The notes beneath the pieces are model-generated. The model saw nothing but the letters and a program-made list of their open reading frames with translations. It did not search any database and had not been told where the DNA came from. From positions 26,412,001-26,476,000 of the forward strand of contig NC_090352.1 of assembly GCF_035084215.1 (NCBI RefSeq): 64,000 bases of DNA. The letters run 5' to 3'. Within the stretch, counting starts at the first letter, position 1. Each line of letters begins with the position of its first letter. Shown piece by piece: positions 23,577 through 37,547 of this stretch. The DNA comes from Heptranchias perlo. Lineage: Eukaryota. The translations under genes and the position numbers were made by a program.

Positions 23577-25043
23577 GTGAGTGTACTAAAAATGGAAACA
23601 TTTAGAACAAGAGCTGAATAGCATTTAGAAAAGTGCAGCCCAAGGTACGGAGTGGTCAGAGTTCTGTGACAGAATGGTAATACACAGATTCACGGTGAGG
23701 GATCCCAATTCAGTGAATTCCAAATTGTTGCCATGTCATCAAGTATTGAATGGAGACCGCCGCAAGCAGAAAGCAAAAATTGAAACAAATTTCTCTGCTT
23801 TTGTACATCTAGCAACTAGTTCAAGAGTAAAATTAGCAGAAATCTGGTAGTGGTTCATCTACCTGCCCTGTTGAACAGGCAATTGTGTGTAGTACAGGCA
23901 AACTGCGAGAGAAAGAGAGAAACGAGAAAAAGAGAAATCTATAACCTGTGCAATAAGACTATTGTTCAAACCACAAACAACTGACTCAAGATATGGATCA
24001 CTTTATTATTTGTACGTACTGCAAAAAGTGGTGCATAAATCACACCTTAAAACAGGTGTTATGATTTGGAAACATTCCAGATACTTTTTCTCATACCTAA
24101 TACAATGGACCACTTCTATAGGCAAGCCCACACTTCCCATGAATTGAAATTGCATCTTATGTGTGAAGTAAGCTGTGAGATAGCGATCCCTGAGTGACCA
24201 ATAACCTCTATTTACTGTTGATGTGTATGCTGGAAATGGTAACACAGAAACACTCCCACTGATGAATAGTTAGCAGGCTTGACAGACTGTATAGCTCATG
24301 CAGCAATTAAAAATCAAGTTCATTGAGAAATAAAATTAGCAGAAGCTAAAGTAAGAACAACAGCAGTTAGGTAAATCAGTGTTTCTCACTTAGCTTACAA
24401 AACCTATTACAAAATAATAAAACATTTGAGTTTTAATGGTTCTCTGTGGTATCAGACTTTTATTTTGGATCAATATTCATTGAGTTCCACCAGCCTCAGC
24501 TTGTTTGCTGCCTATGAAAGCAGAGCTTCACAAACAAAACTTGATGCGGGGCACTAATTGTAGACTTAATTAGCAAAACCAGTACAATAACTCTCTTAGT
24601 TCAAAGTATGATCTGGAAGATAAAAGAAAAGATATCCTTCCCAATTAAACAACACTGCCAACCAAAGTGGTGTTCAAAGGCCCAGAAACTGGTTTTCCTG
24701 ATATATAATGTGACTCTGATATGGAGACCGATAACCTACCCCTAGTGGGCTGTGCAGCACTGCTAATGATGGTCCTCTGTGATACATGTTAAGCAATCCA
24801 CCTTGTCAGGGTCAGACAACCTTCTTTGAAGTGACATTAAAACATTAGTCAAGATGGGTATTTCTTCCAGTACAGAGAAGAAGGGAGCCCTTCCAGGAAG
24901 AATTGGGTGTTATAAACTGGATAGCCAGGTGGTAAAGGATAGAATACTAGAACCTAGTCTTCAGTTGCTTCCAAGCCTTTATTCACAGAGCTCCACATTA
25001 CACCCAGACCATACCCTACATCAGCTCTCTTATAAATGGATAC

Positions 25044-25149
25044 GATGTGGAGATGCCGGATCTACCTGAGGAAGGAGGAAGTCTCCGAAAGCTTGTGAAT
25101 TTAAAATAAAATTGCTGGACTATAACTTGGTGTTGTAAAATTGTTTACA
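25044..25149 (+). mobile_element. Penelope-like insertion with hammerhead core, inverted 5' stub and 12-bp TSD
   Basis: Flanked by ataaatggatac (25032-25043 and 25150-25161); CTGAGGA at 25066-25072. Confidence 0.8.
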
Positions 25150-27311
25150 ATAAATGGATACCAGAGAGTTCTCAATTGATATGCACCACCTGAATACAAT
25201 TAGCACTAATTGATATAAATCACATAGATACAATTAACATTGGGGACATTTTAAACTTGTCATAAAACTGCCAATCTATCAATCCCCATATTAAAATATA
25301 GAGTCTCTTATGGAATGAAACAGGATAAATCTCTGATCTATTGCAAAGGATTTTTATGACTATGACCTGGGTGTGGCTTACAAACTATTGCAAACAATCT
25401 TTTGCCTTGGCTTAGAAGTCTCTGCTGCATTGTCTGTACTGTTTTTTATGGTAGCAATTATAATAAACAGATTGCAGTGACTGTTGGAAAAGTTTATACA
25501 CATTAAAGAACACCTTTGTTCAGCATGACACTCTTTGTCACATGGCAATCAAACACATTCTAATCCTGCAGTTCCCAATACCTTCAGTTCCTGATCTCAG
25601 CTTCTCAGTATTTTCTTCAATGTCCAGTATCATGGATGTACTTTAATGTCTAAAAACATAATTCTAAGAATGATATTTTCTGTTATACTTATTACAAATG
25701 TAACCATTTTTTATTTTGGAGCATAAGTCACGGATGGTTTTGTCCTCAACAAGATGGAGCTATCTGGAATGGTGACAAGAAGGGGAAAATGGACTTTGTA
25801 TGGGACTTAAAACTGAAAAGCTTCATAAGGAACAATTTCCCTCTCTTAAATGCATTTAAAGGATGTACACGAGCCCTGACGTATAATGATCAAAGCGCTC
25901 ACTGTTTCAAACTCTGAGGTGCAGAGCATTTGAAACCATCAGCTATTTTTGGAATGAACTTTATCCATTCTTTAATTACCAAATCTATAGGTAGATAGTT
26001 AAAATTGACATAGTACATCTCCCTTGCCATAAGCATGACATTTGTTCAGCTGATTATCTTTCCGAAGTCACATAGAAGCCTGCGATTCAGTTGTCTGTCC
26101 AGCTAAAAGTTGGGAACAGTTACATAAAACTCGCAGTAGGAAAGAATTTAATGGATATTTCAGGAATAAAAAGAGAAGTAATTGAATTTAGTATGTCTGG
26201 CAGAAGATTGATTGTAAAACCAGTACAAAAGCTCTCTGAGCTATGCACTCAATTCATTTATTTTTGTTAGGCAAGGGTATTAAGGGTTACGGAACCAAGG
26301 CAGGTAGATGGAGTTGAGATACAGATCAGCCATGATCTAATTGAATGGCGGAACTGGCTTGAGGGACTGAATAGCCAACTCCAGTTACTATGTTCCTATT
26401 TCAGTAAAGATGCAGATATAATGTGTGAGAATACAGGCACAGGGTTTCACTAACTATTACATACTGAATGTTACACCTCACACAGTCAAGTACAGTATAA
26501 GAAATGTATGCACTCCCAACAGTAGGAATATGCATTGTATTGAGTAATGTTCTGAAAAAGTTGATGAACTTAAGGTCAGAGTTGCTTAATAAAGCACTTC
26601 TTTAGTTAAATGTGACTAACTTATATTGGGTTACAGGTTAATGTTTCAGCTCAAGATTAGCTCACAGCCAAAGTTTCTCACGTATTCTGTTGCAAGCTGT
26701 TGGAATAAGACACATTTATTGCAATTATAAAAGAAGATTTGACCAAAGTTCTCCCTTCCCTGAACATTGTAGTCATATCAACATGGGATGGATGAGAAGG
26801 AAATTCCTGTTTTAATGGAAAATAAGAGTATGCCTGATTTTTTTTTCACAATCGATGTCCTGCTAATCAAATGACACTCTCAGAACTCACATGTTTCAGA
26901 GCATACGTTCCTGCAATTTTGTCACCAGGTTATTAATTACAGAGGAACAAGCATTCTCTCATTTTTAGTAAAAGAGGCATTTTGCCCCATTCTGGTAGTA
27001 ACAGAACTATTCCCTAAATTCCTGGCAGTTCCAGTTTTTCCTGTTACTTTCAATGTTGACAATTGTGGGATCTGCAAAAACAGTCAAAAACCTTAATATA
27101 AAGTGTTTCATTCATATAGATAAGTGGGACCATAACCACAACATTATGTTTGCATAATATTGGTTGAATGAATTATTACTGCCCCATCTTAGGGGAAAAC
27201 TTCTGTTGTGCTTTGGGCAAAACCTAAGTAGATTTACTGGGCAAAATACTTCTACACCCACGGAAAAATTCCACCCCATGATACTTGATGAAAAGTGTGT
27301 TTTTTTTCCAG

Positions 27312-27365
27312 TGCTGCAGAAAGAAAACCAATCCCAGCACATGTAATGAGTTAGATACTCAATAG
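27312..27365 (+). CDS. TMIGD1: Candidate TMIGD1 cytoplasmic-tail exon
   Basis: ttttttccag|TGC, phase 0. Translates CCRKKTNPSTCNELDTQ then TAG. Resembles a Cys/basic juxtamembrane tail; an internal donor and a further exon cannot be excluded. Confidence 0.55.
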   Translation, partial: CCRKKTNPSTCNELDTQ

Positions 27366-27741
27366 GAAGGCAAGATTGTAAGTACCATTCATCATCTGTT
27401 GTGCTTCATATTTAATTAAAGACAAGCTACAGTTACATTTTAATTATGCTTTGCACATTTATTACAGATGAGCTTGGAGAAAACCTACAACTTCCTCAAA
27501 GGAAATTTAATCCAAGATAAAAAAAAGTTTTTTTTCTGCAGAAGACGCCCTTTAAAATGTCAAAGGAACAAAGACAAAAATAAGGAAGAAAATCTTTAAA
27601 GTATAAATCAGTGCAAGATGAAAAATGAATTGATGTCAACTCTGCTTAATATTCCTCTGTGCATGTAGAGTTTCACTTACCCACCTTAATTATTTGTGTC
27701 AAACAGTTGAATTGCTATTCTGTTATTTAATTAAATTAAAT

Positions 27742-28323
27742 TATGCTGCAGCTATACAAAGCCCTTGTTAAACCACATCTGAAGTACTGTGGTCAGTTCT
27801 GGGCACCGCACCTTAGGAAGGATATATTGGCCTTGGAGAGAGTGCAGCGTAGATTTACTAGAATTTAGTAGACTCCAAGGGTTAAAATTCGAGAAGAGAT
27901 TGCACAAACTAGGGTTGTATTGCCCAGAATTTAGAAGATTAAGGGGTGATTTGATCGAAGTTTTCAAGATATTAAAGGGAACTAATAGGGTAGATGGAGA
28001 GAAAATATTTCCGCTGGTTGGGGAATCTAGGACTAGGGGATAGCCTAAAAATTAGAGCCAGGACTTTCAGGAGTGAAGTTAAGAAACACTTCTACACGCA
28101 AAGGGTGGTAGAAGTTTGGAATTCTCTTTCGCAAGTGGTAGTTGATGCTAGCTCAATTGTTAATTTTAAATCTGAGATTGATGGATTTTTGTTAACCAAA
28201 GGTATTAAGGGATATGGGGCTAAGACGGGTATATGAAGTTAGGTCACAGGTCAGTCATGATCTCACTGAACGGTGGAACAGGTTCGAGGGGCTAAATGGC
28301 CTACTCCTGTTCCTATGTTCCTA
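27742..28323 (+). mobile_element. CR1 3' fragment
   Basis: RLRGDLIEVFKILKG and KHFYTQRVVEVWNSL; tail cctactcctgttcctatgttcct. Confidence 0.88.
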
Positions 28324-28790
28324 AACACTTCTATAACCTTCTTCATAGTATTTCGTACATGAATTAACATTTTTATATTTTACCAAGATTTTTATAAGCC
28401 ATGATTTGTTATTTAAATGATCTCATTCTTCAGTAAACATAACAACAATTTCACTGATTTTTTACATTGACCAATCAAAATTATTTCTCTGTTTTGTGCC
28501 TTTATCTGAGGTAAAATATTTTAAGAATAATCTCAAAGCTGTATTATACATCAGGCCAAAATATACTTTGGGAAAAATATACTTATAAGTATTTTAATTG
28601 CTGTTAAAATTTGTTAAGTATTGTACATCTCTTTAAATTGATAATTTTTTCCAGTGAAGGTTGGGCACTTTTAAACCATTCATTGTTTTGTTTCCTTCTT
28701 TCAGTTAAATCACTGTATGATTCTTTCATATGTGTAATGAAGATCTGATTGACCCACTTTCTCATACCCAGTTAGGAAAATCTACTATAA

Positions 28791-29222
28791 TGTCAGTTTG
28801 GCTTAGCTGGTAGAATTTGTTCTTCTGAGCTAGAAGGTTGTCTATACAAGCCCTACCTCTGGATTCGAGCACATAATCTAGACTGACACAGAGTGAGTGC
28901 TATACTGTTGGAAACACCATCCTTTGGATGAGACCTTAAACTGAGACCCTGTCTTCCTGTTCAGATGGACATTAAAAATCCCATGGCACTAATTGAAGAG
29001 TGGGGAATTTTCATTCCTGGCCAACATTTCTACTTTAACCAATATCCCCAAAGGCAAGTTAATTGGTCATTCATCTCATTGCTATTTTGGGCATTTTGCT
29101 GCATAGAAAATGGCTGCTGCAATTGGTTAAATATCAATCATTGCACTTCAAAGTAATTCATTATATGTGAAGCACTTGGATGGTGCTGAGAGATGTGATG
29201 AGATGTTTTAGCTTTCCATATG
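28791..29222 (+). mobile_element. Decayed DeuSINE-like SINE
   Basis: Divergent + strand match to the 4726-5199 family. Confidence 0.6.
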
Positions 29223-30285
29223 CAAAAATAGAGCACTGGAAAATAAAACATCGACAATGATTAAAAATATGAGTGATGCAGTAGGTTAGAATCCTATTCT
29301 GCCTGAGGCTTGGATGTAAGTCTCCCCTAAAATGATGAGATAAAGTCTGCTCTGCTTTGTGCTTGGAATAGTGTCCACCCAGTTCTTCGTGGGCCCAAAG
29401 CACAAAACTACCCACAGTTTGGTGCTAAATTGGTAATATTACCAAGAGAGATCGCAAGAATGGATGGTGGGAGAAATGGAAAAGTACATACCTGTGCACT
29501 AAGTGGTACTGCTCTGAACTGGGAGTAATGTTTGGGAAGTTTCCTCTTTATCTTGCCATGCCATACCAGACCTGGGAATACCTGATACTGACACATGATA
29601 AAAGTAGAAAAATGTTCCTTTCCATCCCTCACCTAAGGAAAAAAAAAGCAGATCGTTCCCCTTATACAGGGGAATTAAGGAGGACTTGGTAAGGGTCGGG
29701 GAACGGGAATGGCCTGACCAAGCCTCCTACCAATGGTGCACGTGCATTGGAGTTTCCACTACATGGAGCAAGCGGACGCTGGAGATGCACCCATAGTGGT
29801 GCTTGCGTCCACTGGTCCCATGTAACCTGAGTACCATCCTACTGACTTCACAGACTCCAAAGAGAAAATCTGTCAGAGCCATTATAAAAATACAGTGCAA
29901 TGTTAACATCATGGAGGCAGCTTTAATGGTTTCACTAATTTAGTAACATGCTGACGTAACCTTACCACGACATGGCATCCAGCCCAGAGCACCTGGAAGA
30001 TAGCAAGAGAAATAACTAGAGGATGGAGATTGAAAGAAAGAACTTGCATTTATTACACCCCTCAGGATGTCCCAAAGTGTTTCACATACAATTAATTCTT
30101 TTGAAGTGCAGTCTTGGTTCTATGAATGTATTCTATGAAGAATGAATATTGAAGTAGTGGTGCACAGTTCCTGTCCAACTGTTTGTTTTATCAGCATCTT
30201 CAGTGTGAATATCAAAGTAAAATCTGAAATTACTTCCTTCTTTACTAATTGAACTTTCTTTGTCATACTTGTCAGTTGTAGTGAG

Positions 30286-30712
30286 AGAATCACAGAATCA
30301 TAGAAAGTTACGGCACAGAAGGAGGCCATTCGGCCCATCGTGTCCGTGCCAGCCTAAAAAGAGCTATCCAGCTTAATCCCACTTTCCTGCACTTGGTCCG
30401 TAGCCCTGTAGGTTACGGCACTTCAAGTGCGCCACTAAGTACTTTTTAAATGAGTTGAGGGTTTCTGTCTCTACCACCCTTTCAGGCAGTGAGTTCCAGA
30501 CCCCCACCACCCTCTGGGTGAAAACATTTCTCCTCAGCTCCCGTTTAATCCTTCCACCAATTACTTTAGATCTATGTCCCCTAGTTACTGACCCCTCTGC
30601 TAAGGGAAATAGGTCCTCCCTATCCACTGTATTTAGTCCCGTCATAATTTTATACACCTCAATTCAATCTCCCCTCAGCCTCCTTTGGTCCAAGGAAAAC
30701 AACCCCAGCCTA
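30286..30712 (-). mobile_element. CR1 3' fragment
   Basis: - strand YKIMTGL...FTQRVVGVWNSLPE; (agaatcat) tail. Confidence 0.88.
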
Positions 30713-33700
30713 CAGACAGACTACTCACAGCAAGAACAATTTAGGTTTCTTGATTAGGCAGTTTTACTTATAATTTCATTAATGTGTACCTGCTCCATTT
30801 GATGTTACAAGTTCAGAAACTAATAGATGATCAGAATAACACTGTTAAATGATATTCTCAAAGGAGCTGTTTCTCGATATCACTGTTAATCCATCCCCTA
30901 GGTTGCATGGCAAATTGAATTAGCTCTGGAAATGCTAAAAACTCAGAAGATCCCATGCATTCTATGGAATTCTTTCGAACAAGAAACTTTATTTCAAGAT
31001 TTATATGAATTAGAATGACAATGTTTTCAGTAATAAGAATTACTACACAGAAAGAAAATTCACACAGATTTTGTACATAATGGATGAAAATGAAAAGTAT
31101 CATTGTGATGTGTTTAATTTTAGGTATCATCTTTTGCTGTGTCTTCTTGTACACTCACAATCAGAATAAACCAACCACCAATGTAAAGGTTATTATGTTT
31201 CTTCACTCTCACCATATCCTATACATACCACTCTCAAATCTACATGTGTCTGTTCTGTGTCTCATAGCTGCAGTTCTGGATTTTACAATAATACAATATA
31301 CTTATACAATGCGATATTTAAAATAGGCGAATCATGGTTTATTTTATATTATAATCACCATCATTATCATAAATTAACAGGAAATGTAACTTTTTTTGAT
31401 CTCTTAAAGGTATGGTGACTAACATGCATTTTAAAGAGCAAATAGCCACTTGAGGGCAAGACGTTTACTGGATGAAAAGACAACAATAGCAAAGTGAGGT
31501 AGTAGGAGGTTATCTAGACAGGGAATTCTAAACCCACTAAATGGGCATTTATGATGTCCTTATAGTTAGAACAAACACATTTGGAGCTTAGGTGAAATAA
31601 GATTACAAACATTTTCTGGGGCTGTTAAATGAAGTCTATAAACATCAGTTCATAAAGTCAATAGCCTTGTACACTGACGTACATTTTATAAAGGCTGTTT
31701 ATGAAGGAGTGAAATCACAACTGACTTGAAGTAAAAGCAATTGCATTCTCGTTCATAGGACTTTGTATCTCTATAAATCTGTATAGCACACATACATGTG
31801 ATGCAACAAATCTAAGCTCGTATAAATATTTGGAAATATTTAATTGTGCAGCAGTATTTAGAAACATTGAGGGTGTTTTTCATTTCCTTACAGACCCATT
31901 TGGGCTAAAAAAAAGGGGCGGCTTGCACGGAAAATAAACTATCTGTTCCTCCCATCCACTTATAACTGCTGAAACAATTTGCCTGATCTTCTGGGGGACA
32001 TGAATCCTGGTGGCGGGAGCTCCAGCTGGGCGCCTCATTAATATATTTAAATCAGGGTCAATGACATCATAATGACACTGACATCATTTCCTAATGCCAC
32101 TTCCTGCTGCTGCCCACCAACCATAGGCACGGTACAAGGCCTGAAGCGGCCATTTCAAACACTATTGTGTTAACGTGTTCCACCATGCTGGGGTGCTGGG
32201 TCACCAATTTGCCTTGGTACCCGCCGACCATCCACGCAGGTGAGGACCTCCCTTTTTATTATGATTTTGCTCCACTAACATCTCCACGGGTGGATCTGAA
32301 TACCTCCGGACGCAACGGGAATTCTCTTTGTCCTCAGACATCTACCTGCATTTCCATGCTGGTGCTTCCCTGATTTGGCCACAAGAAAAGCACCTCCCCT
32401 TTAAGTTGCTTCAGGCCCCTAAGAACCTGCTGCAGCACCTGATTTCCCGCCTCCTAATCGTCAAGCGGCCTATGGAGAGTACATTTTATGCTGCCAGCTC
32501 ATCTCAAACATGCAAACGAGAGGGGGACCCTAGAAACAGGGACGGGTCCCCCCCCCCCCCATGTTGATTCCTCTGGGTAGCTGTTGCACCCATATCCTGC
32601 AGGTTTCCCACTGGGAGATGTAAAATCTCGCAAGCTGCTTCAGAGAAATATAATCAAGCAAGAATGGATGCTGAGCTAAGGCAATTCATCCCGTTTGACA
32701 TCACAGCAAGGCAGCAACAAGATAGAGCCATCCAATTTTATAATGTTGCTGGCTTTCCCAAAGTGCAAGATGCAATAGGGAGGGGCTTGGTCTCCTGGGG
32801 GAAAAAAAATCTGTGCTGCTCGGAGCTGCCGCCATGTTGGGCTGGAGTGAAGTGGTGGGAGGAGGTTTTGGTTTGTGATGTGTTTATTTTCTCTTCCATT
32901 TAAATAAATCATTTTTTGTTTTGTGAGTTCCTACGGTCAACCCCCTCAATTGCTTGAACACTTACTCAAAGTTGCCATGATGCATTCGTCCTTAGTAACT
33001 CGGCCCTCACTGAGCTCTTTAAAGAAGAGAAAAATAAGGATAGATGGCTTGTGGGTTACCACGTGTACCCCTTTTTGTCATGGATAATGACCTCTCTAAG
33101 TGTTGCAAGAACAACAACAGAGGACCGCTCCACGGAGTCATGTGTTAAACAAGTCATTGACAGGATGATAAGGGTCTTTCACCTCATTGATAGGTCAGGA
33201 GGGGTTCTGTGATATGCTCCAGATTGTGTGTCCTGCATGGTTATATTCTGTTGTGCCCTCCAAAATTTGCAATCCAAAAAGACCTGGACGCAGACATTCC
33301 TGGAGAAATGGCCCTAACTGCTTTTGGAAGCAGAACAACTAAGAGCATCAGGATGACCGTCCCTCTGAGGACTGCTCAGTGACTGCTGCAAGAGGGACCA
33401 GAACACAACTTATCAATGAGGTGTTCTCATCTATTTAGCAGAATGCCTTTGTTATAATTCCCGTAGCTCCTACGCCACCTTCAAATAAATAGCAAATCCT
33501 TCAACCTAGCACATCAAAACATCTTTAGCCCTACATGACCATGAAACTCTTAATCATCTAATTGAATAAATCAGCATGAAATAAGAGCACCCTTTCCTGT
33601 ATGACTATCATTTCCATGAATAACAGAGCAAGAAATAAGTGCACATTCTCCTTTATTACAATCAATTCCTAAGTGAACATAAGCCACCCTACTTTCTCCT

Positions 33701-33784
33701 CACATGTGCTTCCTCAGGGTGTCTAAATATACTTTTCTTTCTCTTATTCTAGTGTTCCTCCTATGTGCAACCTGAGGGCCAGAA

Positions 33785-34485
33785 TTTTTTTTTATTCATT
33801 CATAGGATGTGGGCATCATTGGCAAAGTCAGCATTTATTGCCCATCCCTCATTGCCCTTAAGGAGGTGGTGATGAGCTGCCTTCTTGAACCGCTGCAGTC
33901 CGTGTGGTGAAGGTTCTCCCACGGAGCTGTTGGGTAGGGAGTTCCAGGATTTTGACCCAGCGACGATGAAGGAGCAGCGATATATTTCCAAGTCAGGATG
34001 ATGTATGACTTGGAGGGGAATGTGCAGGCGGTGGTGTTCCCATGCACCTGCTGCCCTTGTCCTTCTAGGTGGTAGAGGTCGCGTAATTGGGAGGTGGTGT
34101 TGAAGAAGCCTTGGCGAGTTGCTACAGTGCATCCTGTAGATGGCACACACTGCAGCCACGGGGCACCAGTGGTGAAGGGAGTGAATGTTTAAGGTGGTGG
34201 ATGGAGTGCCAATCAAACGGGCTGCTTTGTCCTGGATGGTGTCGAGCTTCTTGAGTGTTGTTGGAGCTGCATTCATCCAGGCAAGTGGAGAGTATTCCAT
34301 CATACTCCTGCTTTGTAGATGTTGGAAAGGCTTTGGGAAGTCAGAAGGTGAGTCACTCACTGCAGAATACCCAGCCTCTGACCTGCTCTTGTAGCCACAG
34401 TATTTATGCGGCTGGTCCAGTTAAGTTTCTGGTCTACAGTGACCCCCAGGATGCTGATGGCAGGGGATTCAGCGATGGTAATGTA
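33785..34485 (-). mobile_element. Second LINE family, 3' fragment with poly(A)
   Basis: ORF 33800-34360 (MEYSPLAWMNAAPTTLKKLDTIQDKAARLIG...). Confidence 0.85.
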
Positions 34486-34865
34486 AAAGGTGGTTAGCTG
34501 CTCCTGTGGTACAAAAGGCTCATGGGATTAAGGTGGTCCTCCACTAATGGTGGCTTGCTCCTGGGAGGGAGCTGCATCTCTGGAACTACTACAAGGGCAG
34601 CCAGGTCCTGCTACCTCTATTCCACTTACATGGTGCTGGGAGGGGGAAGGCCGGATACCTAGCACATGTTGCTGTCCTGATAAATGGTAGTCTCATGTAG
34701 GTCGACTCCAGCCATTGCCATTGTACTGGGTTGTGGCTCAGAGTCGCCATCCCTGGGATAGCTGGCCTAATGGCAACTCCTGACAGCAGCCTGCATGCCG
34801 ACACCAGAGTCTAAAAGTTGGTATGTAGGGTGTTGTCTAATCTGTCCCCTCTGCATTTCCATGCA

Positions 34866-34955
34866 ATTAAAAATAAATTTGTTGGACTATAACTTGGTGT
34901 TGTAAAATTGTTCACAATTGTCAACCCCAGTCCATCACCGGCATCTCCACATCAT
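34866..34955 (+). mobile_element. Penelope-like terminal fragment with 10-bp TSD
   Basis: Flanked by catttccatg (34854-34863 and 34956-34965); lacks the hammerhead core. Confidence 0.75.
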
Positions 34956-35434
34956 CATTTCCATGGAGGAAGAGATGCTTCTTCTGAGGTGAAGGTCTGC
35001 TGCAGATTCCAATGAAGCTGCCACTCCATTAGTGTCTGCAATGAAGAAAAAGATTCCCTGATATTGCCGCAAATGATGACTTTAGACTCTGGAATCACCC
35101 CTGTCTATTGCCACACATCCTTGCTTCTGCCAGATCCTCCAGTGGACGACATCTTTTAAAAGTGGCATAAAATCACACACCAGCCATCTAGTAAAGTTCC
35201 TTAACATTCAACTCAATAATCCAAGAACTTCCCTACTTAGTGGCTGCTCCCTCAGCCTGCTGCTGCACACGTCAGCCAGTCATGGCTTTGTAAAGGCCGC
35301 ACTCTAATTTCCAAGCACTCCTAGCACAGCATTCCAACTTTACATTGGATTTTCCCTGCAAAACTGCCAATGGATATTTAAATATGCTGCAGAGGAATGG
35401 CAGATGCAAATCCTGGCTCTAGGGCATAAAACCA

Positions 35435-35756
35435 GAGAAACTATTTCCTCTGGTGGGTGAGTCCAGAACAAGGGGGCATAACCTTAAAATTAAAGCTAAG
35501 CCATTCAGGGCCGATGTCAGAAAGCACTTCTTCACACAAAGGGTAGTGGAAATCTAGAACTCTCTCAAAAGCTGTTGAGGCTAAGCCAACTGAAAATTTC
35601 AAAACTGAGCTTGATACATTTTTGTTAGACATGGGTATTAAGGGTTACGGAACCAAGGTGGGTAGGTGGAGTTAAGATACAGATCAGCCATGATCTAACT
35701 GAGTGGCGGAACAGGCTCGAGGGGCTGAATGGCCAACCCCTGTTCCGATGTTCCTA
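35435..35756 (+). mobile_element. CR1 3' end
   Basis: Same subfamily as 17225 and 26260; ends cctgttccgatgttcct. Confidence 0.8.
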
Positions 35757-35966
35757 AAACCAGAATAATTGGTCCCATGGAATTTGGGAACAATTTTTTT
35801 TAAAAATTCCCATCTTTTCAATATTCTTGTGACCCAAGTTATCCCTGGCTTCCCTGTCCCACTCCCTTTGTTTTTTTTAATCAAAATGTTCAATACCCAT
35901 TCTGCTTGTCTTAGACACTGCCTTTCCAATTAATTACAGCATATAGATCTTACTTTTAAAAAAAAC

Positions 35967-36011
35967 TCTCTCTCTCTCTTTCTATATATATATATATATA
36001 TATTTATATAT
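35967..36011. repeat. Compound (CT)n(AT)n microsatellite
   Basis: Visible dinucleotide runs. Confidence 0.85.
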
Positions 36012-37547
36012 ACTTATAGGTGTTCCCCAAAATGTGATGCTTTGATCTTGGTAAACTAAAATTTCAAAGCATTAAGGGTCCAGACTCTCGTGTCCCAGTA
36101 GGAACATCTTCCTGTATTCAGTTGTTCATCAGTGACTTCATGGCTCATTAAAGAAACATTTAGATATTATGCTGCACTGTAAAAAATGTTTTGATGATCT
36201 CTGGACTGCTGGAATAAAATGGCAGTGTGTAAGTTTAAAAAAAATTGGGAAATGTTTTTTCAGATCCATCTATTTATAATGAGTAGAATAAGGAAGTCAT
36301 ATGCAAAATCCCCATTGCTTTTTCTGTAAGGTTTATGAAAGCCCAGCAGTTTTGCTTTGAGTCATTTTACAATTCCTCAGTGCAACCATAAATTGGATTT
36401 ACTTTACAAAAGCTGAGTCAGAGGCAAAGGGTTGCATAAAAGATCACTCAAGCAGTGAGAATGGGCAGGTTCCTATGATTAAAATACCTTTGGTCATTTC
36501 AGCTCCTCCCCACCCCCTCCTCCCTCCATATCATTTGAGCCTTAAATCCACCCCAATACTGAGGATAGCTCTAGCCATCAAAATATTAAACATTGAGTCC
36601 CATTCCCCTTAAATCCTGCCTTTCCAATTAACAATTGTTGCTATTTCAAAAACCCAATACCAAAAGTATCTAAATGGTTTCCAATAAAGTTATATTTTGC
36701 TGAGTTATTTGACCATGGAAGGAATCACAGCCCTATCCTCCCTTCATCCTGTTATTGGTCCATGCATACCTCCAGCTCGGGCTAAGGGATATGAAGAGGA
36801 GTAAAGAAGCCCTAAATGGTTTTCCCCTCCCTAACCTGGGGGCACTGAAGTCATTTGTAGCACCTCTACTGCCACTCTGACAACTAACTCAGCACAGAGC
36901 TGGCATTGAGAATGGATAAGGGTTCCTGGTCTGTATGACTCAGCATTGGATAAATCTGCTGAACTACTGGGGATGCGGAGACCAACTTTTCGCACTCAAG
37001 AGTTTTAAAATGACTAATTAAAATCTATTCTTCACCTTGGCAGCATTTCCCCAGTGTTAACTTTAGTGGCAGAGAGAAAATGTACACCTAGTTTCATACC
37101 CTGTGAGATTAGGGCAAGGGGGTGGGAACAATGCATGGAAAAGTTATGAAACGTGCACTTTGGAAGGAGCACCTTCTCTTCCATTCCATTTAATGTGCCT
37201 TCTGTCCTCACTATTTATGGTAGTGTCTTTCAACAATTAAAATTAGATTATAAAATAAATACATTTTAAAAGTTTGCAACAGCCTTATTTTGTAGCTTTT
37301 ACAATTCATTATGGAGGGAGGGGGTGGGGGAAGATATTGAAATATCATAGAATAGTGGAGGGCTCTTCAGTATTGTCGTTTTCTGCAAATGAAGAGATAA
37401 AAATGCTGCAGCCTTTATGCAAGTGCAATGCACTCTGCTGCCAGGGTCTGCACTCCTGGTCCTGTCACAGGGTATTGCATTTCCCTCAAATTAGTTTTCC
37501 TGCTTGCCATTTAAAAGAAAAATACAGTCTAAAGTAAAACCCCGACG

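Larger units (their letters stand above)
31870..35400 (+). mobile_element. Decayed PIF/Harbinger element with nested insertions; transposase remnants at about 32420-33430
   Basis: Broken peptides QFIPFD...FYNVAGFPKVQDAIG, CHDAFVL, DRSGGVL.YAPD.VS.MVIFCCALQN match the Harbinger DDE catalytic region. Outer boundaries are uncertain. Confidence 0.55.

Noticed and set aside
31410-31498. AG...GT-bounded segment as a possible TMIGD1 or BLMH exon
   Set aside because: No similarity to either protein and weak splice context.
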